Shown here: piece after piece, positions 29,544-34,646 of the stretch
Position numbering within the stretch: the stretch's first letter is position 1
Layout of the letters: every line of letters starts with the position of its first letter
From: Candidatus Methylomirabilota bacterium
GTDB taxonomy: Bacteria > Methylomirabilota > Methylomirabilia > Rokubacteriales > CSP1-6
NCBI GenBank assembly: GCA_035260865.1
Contig: DATFUK010000336.1
Coordinates: 1 to 34,646 of the forward strand
Direction of reading: 5' to 3'
Length of the DNA: 34,646 bases
Position numbers and translations under genes: made by a program
Notes under the pieces: model-generated
What the model was told of the DNA's origin: nothing
The model's database searches: none
What the model saw: only the letters and a program-made list of their open reading frames with translations

Positions 29544-31241
29544 TCAGCCTTCGAGGCCATGGGGGACGGGGCCGGGGGAGGCGTCGCGGGTCACCGCCGC
29601 GACGGGCGCGCCCGCCAGGTACGTCCGGAGCTCGTCGTCGGTGCGCGCGGCGCAGAACGCGCGGAAGCTCTCGCCCGCGTGGCGCTCGGCGAGGTAGACG
29701 CGCAGCAGGCGCTCCACCGCCTCGGGCACCGCGTGGGCGGGCACCCGGTAGCCGACGGGCCGGGCCACCGCCTGGTGGCGGCCGACCGCGCCGCCCACGC
29801 AGAAGTAGTAGGCGTCCACCAGGCGGCCGTCCATCTTGATCTTCTTGCCCTCGATACCGATGTCCGCGATCCAGTGCTGGCCGCAGCTGTTGGGGCAGCC
29901 GGTGACGTTGATGCGCACGTGCTCCTGGAAACCGGGCAGGCGGCCCTCCAGGTCCTCCACGAGCCAGCGGGCGAAGGCCTTGGTCTCGGTCAGCGCGAGC
30001 TTGCAGAACTCGCTGCCGGTGCAGGCCACCGTCCCGCGGCGGAACGGAGACGCGTCCAGCGGGAAGCCGGCGCGCTCGATCGCGCGCTCGAGCTCGGCCG
30101 CCCGGGCCCGGGGCGCGTTGACCACGATGAGGTTCTGCATCGTGGTGGTCCGGAGCTCCCCGGTGCCGAAGCGCTCCGCGAGCCCGGCGACCTCGCGCAT
30201 CTGGTCCGGGGTGAGCCGGCCCCGCAGGATCGGCAGGCCCGCGTAGACGAGCCCGGCCTGCTTCTGCGGATGGATCCCCACGTGGTCGCGATAGGCCTCC
30301 TCGGGCAGGGTCTCCGGGACCGCCGGATCGAGGGAAAAGCCCAGGCGCGCGTGGAGCGCGTTCAGGAACCGGTCCGGCGTCCAGCCGTGGTCGAGGAAGA
30401 GGAACTTGAGTCGCGCCTTCTCGCGGTTCTGGCGGAGCACGTCGCTGTCGCGGAAGATCTCGGAGACGCCCTTGACCACCGCGAGCACCTGGTCGGGCCG
30501 CACGAAGGCGTTGACCCGGAGCGCGAGATGCGGCTGGGTGGACAGCCCGCCGCCCACCCGTAGCGAGTAGCCCACGCGCCCGCTGTAGCCGTCGCGCACC
30601 GCGGTGAGACCCACGTCGTTGATCTCGGGATAGCTGCACCACACGCGGCAGCCGGTGATCGAGACCTTGTACTTGCGCGGCAGGTTGTAGAACTCGGCGC
30701 TGCCGTTCACCATCGCGGTCGCGGCCTCCACGAGCGGCGAGGCGTCCACGATCTCGTCGGCGTCGAGCCCGGCGAGCGGGCAGCCGGTGATGTTGCGCGT
30801 CACGTCGCCGCAGGTGCCCAGGCTGCTGAGCCCGCACTCGCCCAGCGCGGAGAAGATCGCGGGCAGGTCCTCGATCCGCACCCAGTGCAGCTGCACGTTC
30901 TGGCGGACGGTGAGATCGGCCACTCCGCGCGCGTGGCGCTCGGCCAGGTCGGCGAGCACGCGGAGCTGCGCGGCCGACAGGATCCCGTTGGGGATGCGGA
31001 CGCGCAGCATGAAGTAAGGCACCGCCTTCCCTTCTCCGCCCTTGCCTCCCACCGCGCCCACCCCGTCCCCCTGGGTATAGATGCCCCACCATCGGAAGTA
31101 CGTGCCGAGCCACTCCGGGGGAATCGCCTGGAAGCCTTCCCGCGCGAAGCGGACGATCTCCGCGTGCGCGGCCCACGGGTTCAGCTCCCGCTTGAGCCGC
31201 TCCACCCGCTGCGCCTTGGTCTCCTTCGCCGCCTCGTTCAC
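29544..31241 (-). CDS. Ferredoxin-dependent sulfite reductase, NirA/SirA family (siroheme-[4Fe-4S]), 565 aa
   Basis: Two nitrite/sulfite reductase repeats and the Cys cluster CTGSEFC...TGCPNSC. AGGAGG lies 7 nt upstream of GTG 31241. The sulfite versus nitrite assignment is inferred from the siroheme and Cys-leader context. Confidence 0.88.
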   Translation of the reverse strand: MNEAAKETKAQRVERLKRELNPWAAHAEIVRFAREGFQAIPPEWLGTYFRWWGIYTQGDGVGAVGGKGGEGKAVPYFMLRVRIPNGILSAAQLRVLADLAERHARGVADLTVRQNVQLHWVRIEDLPAIFSALGECGLSSLGTCGDVTRNITGCPLAGLDADEIVDASPLVEAATAMVNGSAEFYNLPRKYKVSITGCRVWCSYPEINDVGLTAVRDGYSGRVGYSLRVGGGLSTQPHLALRVNAFVRPDQVLAVVKGVSEIFRDSDVLRQNREKARLKFLFLDHGWTPDRFLNALHARLGFSLDPAVPETLPEEAYRDHVGIHPQKQAGLVYAGLPILRGRLTPDQMREVAGLAERFGTGELRTTTMQNLIVVNAPRARAAELERAIERAGFPLDASPFRRGTVACTGSEFCKLALTETKAFARWLVEDLEGRLPGFQEHVRINVTGCPNSCGQHWIADIGIEGKKIKMDGRLVDAYYFCVGGAVGRHQAVARPVGYRVPAHAVPEAVERLLRVYLAERHAGESFRAFCAARTDDELRTYLAGAPVAAVTRDASPGPVPHGLEG

Positions 31242-31254
31242 GTGCGTTCCTCCT

Positions 31255-31308
31255 GAAAACACGAAAGCCGAGTGGCGGCCGCCTCTTCACGGCCTCCACT
31301 CGGCTTTG
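31255..31308 (-). terminator. Strong intrinsic-terminator-like hairpin plus U tract in the 5' leader of the sulfite reductase gene (putative attenuator)
   Basis: The minus-strand RNA reads AAAGCCGAGUGG-A-GGCCG-UGAAGAGG-CGGCC-G-CCACUCGGCUUU, giving 12+5 bp. It is followed by CGUGUUUUC and then immediately by AGGAGG. It lies downstream of a promoter, not directly after a gene. Confidence 0.6.
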
Positions 31309-31334
31309 CGTCTCGGTGCTACGACGTTCGGCTG

Positions 31335-31415
31335 CTAGAAGGCCTGGGGTGCGCCCGGACAACAACCCGGACAACAACAGCGATGCGCACGCCTGCTGAC
31401 GACGGCCTTCTTCAT
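31335..31415 (-). CDS. Polycysteine leader peptide sORF, 26 aa: MKKAVVSRRAHRCCCPGCCPGAPQAF
   Basis: Translated by hand from the minus strand, ATG 31415 to TAG 31337-31335. It has five Cys codons, all TGT. The start lies 7 nt after a -10 box. A terminator hairpin and cysteine-biosynthesis genes lie downstream. Confidence 0.6.
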   Translation of the reverse strand: MKKAVVSRRAHRCCCPGCCPGAPQAF

Positions 31416-31422
31416 GCCGGGA

Positions 31423-31452
31423 ATACTACATAAACTTGAGCGGGATTGTCAA
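31423..31452 (-). promoter_or_regulatory. Near-consensus sigma70-type promoter: TTGACA-18 nt-TAGTAT, 7 nt upstream of the sORF ATG
   Basis: The minus strand reads TTGACA atcccgctcaagtttatg TAGTAT tcccggc ATG. The -35 overlaps the mscS stop codon. Confidence 0.55.
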
Positions 31453-32249
31453 GAACTCATAAGTACCCGAACTTCCTGCTTGGGAAGCGGCACCTGGATC
31501 CCCGCGGCCGCGAACCGATCGACCAGGGCCCGGTAGAGCTCGGCCTCGGCGGCCACGACGTCGGCCACCCGCACCCAGGGGTTGACCCCGACCCGAACGC
31601 CGGCCAGCTCGAGCTGGGCCACCCCGACCACCGGAGAAGGATCCGTCAACACCCGGGAGTTGGCGACAACCACCTCGCGCACCATGGCCAGCACCGCGGC
31701 CAGGTCCGAGCCGTGCGGCACCATCACGGCCAGGTGGATCTGGCGGGTGTTACCGAAGTTGTGGAGGATCTCCCCGACGATCTTGCGGTTGGGAATGATG
31801 ATGCGGGACCGATCGGGGTGGAGCAGGGTGGTCGAGAACAGCTCGATCGTGTGCACGTCGCCCTTCATGCCGACCACCTCGACGTGCTCGCCCACCCGGA
31901 ACGGCTTGGTGAAGATGATGGTGAGCCCCGCGATGACGTTGCCCAGCACCCCCTGGAGCGCGATGCCGATGCCGAGGCCGGCCACGCCGATGCCGGCCAC
32001 CAGCGGGGCGATCTGGAAGCCGAACTTGTCGAGCGCGATCACCAGCGCGAACAGCAGGACCACGACTCTCACGACCCGCACCATCAGCCGCCGCATCGGC
32101 GGCTCGAGCGCCATGCGGGTGAGCGGCCGCTCCACCACGTTGCCCACCCACCACGCGACGGCGAAGCCGACGCCGAGGATGACGAACGCGCCGAGGACCT
32201 GGAACCCGTAGCGGATCGCGAGATCGATGATCAGATCTTGGGCGGGCAT
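31449..32249 (-). CDS. mscS: Small-conductance mechanosensitive channel (MscS family)
   Basis: Three TM helices followed by the MscS beta-domain motif FTKPFRVGEHVEV.G..G.V..I.L..T. Confidence 0.88.
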   Translation of the reverse strand: MPAQDLIIDLAIRYGFQVLGAFVILGVGFAVAWWVGNVVERPLTRMALEPPMRRLMVRVVRVVVLLFALVIALDKFGFQIAPLVAGIGVAGLGIGIALQGVLGNVIAGLTIIFTKPFRVGEHVEVVGMKGDVHTIELFSTTLLHPDRSRIIIPNRKIVGEILHNFGNTRQIHLAVMVPHGSDLAAVLAMVREVVVANSRVLTDPSPVVGVAQLELAGVRVGVNPWVRVADVVAAEAELYRALVDRFAAAGIQVPLPKQEVRVLMSS

Positions 32250-32311
32250 GGGCGCCCCCCGGTCATGACCGCGGGCCGTGAGAGCCTGTCAATCATTGCG
32301 CTGCGCGTGCC

Positions 32312-32893
32312 TCAGCGCTCTTTGGTCAAGAACGTATCGTTGCGGTTCTTCGACCAGCACGCCTCGTTCTTCTCGGTGCAGCCCGGCCGCTCCTTGCCGT
32401 AGGAGATCGTGGTGATCCGCGAGGCCTCGACCCCGTTGGACACGAGGTAGTTCATCGCCGCCTTGGCCCGCCGCTCGCCCAGGGCCAGGTTGTACTCGGC
32501 GGTACCCCGCTCGTCGCAGTGGCCTTCGATCAGCACGAGCTGGTTGGGGTTGGCCTTGAGATAGGCCGCGCTGGCCGTGAGGGTCTGGGTGTCATCGGGC
32601 CGGAGGTCGGCCTTGTCGAAGGCGAAGAAGATCTGCTTGAGCGCGGTGTTGCTCCGGTACTCCTTGGGCGGCGCCGGCGGGGCGGGCGCGGGAGCGGGCG
32701 CGACGGTGGGCGGCGCCACCGGAGCCGGCGCGACCGGAGCCGGGGCCGGCGTGGGCGGCGCCACCGCGGCGGGCGGGATCGGCGGCGGAGCGGTCGCGGC
32801 GGTCATCGCGGGGCGTTTCGGGCAGCCCGCGAGGAGCAGGGTAAGCGAGATGATCGGCAGCAGCGTGGCGACGGTACGGACGCGTCTATTCAT
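32312..32893 (-). CDS. pal: Peptidoglycan-associated lipoprotein (OmpA-family C-terminal domain) with Pro/Ala-rich linker
   Basis: Lipobox LLAGC, and FAFDKADLRPD...LIEGHCDERGTAEYNLALGERRA. AGGAGAA lies 7 nt upstream of ATG 32893. Confidence 0.9.
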   Translation of the reverse strand: MNRRVRTVATLLPIISLTLLLAGCPKRPAMTAATAPPPIPPAAVAPPTPAPAPVAPAPVAPPTVAPAPAPAPPAPPKEYRSNTALKQIFFAFDKADLRPDDTQTLTASAAYLKANPNQLVLIEGHCDERGTAEYNLALGERRAKAAMNYLVSNGVEASRITTISYGKERPGCTEKNEACWSKNRNDTFLTKER

Positions 32894-32923
32894 GGTCCGG
32901 TTCTCCTGATGGTCGACGTTGGA

Positions 32924-34099
32924 CTATTTCTTCATGCGCTGCTCGAGACCACGCAGCAGCTTCTCGGCCTGGTCGATGTTGCGGCGGGCGTTGGCGTTGC
33001 TCGGGTCCATCTCGAGGACCACACGCCACTCCGCGATGGCTTCCTTGAGCTTCTCCTCGCGGTAGAAGCGCACGCCCTGGGTGTAGTGCTGCTCGATGAT
33101 GCGGGTGCGGGCCTGGCGGAGGAGGCTGGGCACGTCCTCGTAGTCGGGCTGAAGGCGCGCCAGCTGGTTGAGGCTCTGGATCGACTCGGGGTAGTGGCGC
33201 GCCTCCATCTGGCTCTTGGCCTGCCCGTAGAGCGCCTGCTTCTTGAGGGTCAGGCCCTCGCGGTCGCCCGGCTTGCCGGACAGGAACTTGTCCACCGTCG
33301 CGATGGCGTCGGGATAGTCGCTGCGTTCGAGCGCCTCGCGGGCCTCCACGAGCAGCGGATTGACCTCGGGGACGAACTCCTCCTTGGCCGAGGGCCCCGC
33401 CGGCGCGGTGGGGCCCGGGGTCGGACCCGGGCGCGGCACGTCCGGGGTGGGAATGGCCGCGACCACCGGCGGGGGCTTGCGCGCCTCCGGGTGCACGAAC
33501 GGCACGCCGGGGATCTCGGGGATCTTGAGCGTGGCGCCCGGGGTCAGGCGCGGATTGGGCGGGAGCTGGTTGGTCTCCCAGATCACCTCACCCCGCGAGC
33601 GGTCGCCGTAGTAGCGCTGGGCCAGCGCGGTCAGCGTGTCCCCCGCCCGCACGGTGTGGGTGAGGAACTCCACCTCGCGCGTGTCGCTCTGGAGCGCGTC
33701 GAAGGCGGGGCGGTTGAACGGGTCGAGCGCGAGGGCGGCGAGGAACTTGCGGCGCGCCTCCACCTGCACGCCGCGGGCGAGCGCCTTGCGCCCCTCGTCG
33801 AGCCGCTCGGCCACCGCCTGGTCGATGCGCGCCTGCAGGGCCCGCAGCGACTCGCGCGGCCGCGCGTCCGCGGGCGTGATCGCGAGCGCGATCTTCCATT
33901 CCTCGGCCGCGCGCCGGAGCTGGCCGTCGCGCTCGAGCGCCTCCGCCTGCTGGCGGTGTCGCGCCGCGAGCGGATCGCGCGCGGCCGCGGCGGGCCCCGC
34001 GCCGGGCTCGCTCGGGGTGGAGGCGGTCATCGAGGCGCAGCCGCTCAGGGCCAGGCCGAGCGCCGCGGCGGCGAGCCATCCGCGCCCCGCGGCACTCAC
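32924..34099 (-). CDS. Lipoprotein with LysM domain and TPR-like repeats, 391 aa
   Basis: GTG 34099 forms a GTGA overlap with the upstream stop. Lipobox LALSGC. LysM segment HTVRAGDTLTALAQRYYGD...ATLKIP. C-terminal TPR-like helices. Confidence 0.75.
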   Translation of the reverse strand: MSAAGRGWLAAAALGLALSGCASMTASTPSEPGAGPAAAARDPLAARHRQQAEALERDGQLRRAAEEWKIALAITPADARPRESLRALQARIDQAVAERLDEGRKALARGVQVEARRKFLAALALDPFNRPAFDALQSDTREVEFLTHTVRAGDTLTALAQRYYGDRSRGEVIWETNQLPPNPRLTPGATLKIPEIPGVPFVHPEARKPPPVVAAIPTPDVPRPGPTPGPTAPAGPSAKEEFVPEVNPLLVEAREALERSDYPDAIATVDKFLSGKPGDREGLTLKKQALYGQAKSQMEARHYPESIQSLNQLARLQPDYEDVPSLLRQARTRIIEQHYTQGVRFYREEKLKEAIAEWRVVLEMDPSNANARRNIDQAEKLLRGLEQRMKK

Positions 34100-34646
34100 C
34101 TCAGGTTCTCCTCCTGGAAGACGTTCAGGTTCTTGACGAAGTCGTCGAGCGTCATCTCGGAATAGATCTGGCTGCGGTGGCCCGCGAGCGGCCGCACGAA
34201 GGAGGCATTGCCCTGGCGGCGCACCGAGAAGGCGGCGATGTAGCCGTACTCCTTCACCTTCGGCAGCAGGCCTTCCTCCCAGCGCCCGTAGGGGTAGGCC
34301 AGGATCGGGCTCCGGCGGCCGAGGTTGCGATTGAACAGCTCCTGCGGCTGCTCGAGCTCCGCCTGCATGCGGCGCGCGTACTGGGCCTCCGTCTCGCCCT
34401 GGGCGCGACGCAGGTCCGCGTGGGTCTTGCTGTGGGCCTGGATGTCCATGCCCGCGGCGGCCATCTCGCGCAGGTCGGCCCACGAGAGCGAGGCGCGTCC
34501 CGCGCCCACCCAGTCCGTATAGATGAAGAGGGTCGCGGTGAAGCCCAGCTCCCGGAGGACCGGATAGGCGTGGTCCTTGAACGCGTGGTAGCCGTCGTCG
34601 AAGGTCAGCACGACCGCGCGCTGGGGGAGCTGCCGGTTGAGGCGGG
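34096..34646 (-). CDS. Polysaccharide deacetylase (NodB homology) family protein, 5'-partial at window edge
   Basis: TFDDGY motif, HSKTH motif and LAYPYG motif. The ORF remains open to position 34646. Confidence 0.8.
   Translation of the reverse strand, partial: RLNRQLPQRAVVLTFDDGYHAFKDHAYPVLRELGFTATLFIYTDWVGAGRASLSWADLREMAAAGMDIQAHSKTHADLRRAQGETEAQYARRMQAELEQPQELFNRNLGRRSPILAYPYGRWEEGLLPKVKEYGYIAAFSVRRQGNASFVRPLAGHRSQIYSEMTLDDFVKNLNVFQEENLR

Noticed and set aside
31264-31308. Hairpin interpreted as the ordinary terminator of mscS
   Set aside because: It lies 140 nt beyond the mscS stop, with a near-consensus promoter and a translatable sORF in between, and it abuts the sir ribosome-binding site. 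It may still stop mscS read-through, but the attenuator role explains the layout better.
29506-31377. 623-aa minus-strand ORF overlapping the sulfite reductase gene and its leader
   Set aside because: It is an alternative frame of sir with an R/G/P-rich translation. Accepting it would erase the sORF and terminator, which have far better support.
31354-31377. Tandem 12-mer CCCGGACAACAA x2, considered as a repeated operator site
   Set aside because: It is fully explained as the coding repeat CCPG-CCPG (TGT TGT CCG GGN) of the polycysteine sORF on the minus strand.
32650-32800. Repetitive GC-rich DNA, considered as a possible repeat array
   Set aside because: It encodes the Pro/Ala-rich linker (PAPAPVAPAPVAPP...) of Pal. 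It is low-complexity coding sequence, not a CRISPR or satellite array.

Overview
This is a gene-dense, high-GC (roughly 70% by eye) chromosomal window from a diderm bacterium; a Pal lipoprotein is present. I support about 40 real genes. They sit among many long shadow ORFs that are artefacts of GC richness. I separated real from shadow frames by recognisable protein families, third-position GC, Shine-Dalgarno motifs, and 1-nt and 4-nt start/stop overlaps between neighbours.

Gene content:
- 1-3277 (+): an unknown-function operon ending in a DmpA-type peptidase.
- 3331-7300 (-): substrate-binding protein, gentisate-dioxygenase-like cupin, nitroreductase and MBL hydrolase.
- 7372-8852 (+): MFS efflux pump plus a DUF2007 protein.
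- 8856-16564 (-): a long housekeeping string, tmk-holB-ricT-metG-(two membrane proteins)-tatD-menB-like.
- 17194-18473 (-): GNAT and MpaB genes.
- 19668-22596 (-): an ssuE/ssuD-like plus flavin-monooxygenase operon.
- 22653-26897 (+): a 1414-aa Lhr helicase.
- 27446-31241 (-): a sulfite reductase, 1-Cys peroxiredoxin, sirC and cobA operon.
- 31449-34646 (-): mscS, pal, a LysM/TPR lipoprotein and a polysaccharide deacetylase (partial).

Two things are invisible in the ORF track and are the main results:
1. At 18561-19663 (+) there are two translationally coupled, signal-peptide-bearing thiol oxidoreductase genes: an AhpC/TSA peroxiredoxin and a TlpA-like thioredoxin-fold protein. Each is split in the track by an in-frame TGA that falls exactly where the redox-active Cys belongs. 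Each TGA is followed at identical spacing by a 7-bp hairpin. I read them as an exported selenocysteine-protein pair with bacterial SECIS elements.
2. At 31255-31452 (-) there is a near-consensus promoter. It sits about 7 nt upstream of the ATG of a 26-codon polycysteine sORF (MKKAVVSRRAHRCCCPGCCPGAPQAF, all five Cys as the rare TGT). A 17-bp terminator hairpin with a U tract follows and abuts the Shine-Dalgarno of the sulfite reductase gene. I read this as a leaderless cysteine-sensing leader-peptide attenuator.

No rRNA, tRNA, CRISPR array or mobile element was recognised. One 318-nt atypical non-coding stretch (16565-16882) remains unexplained.
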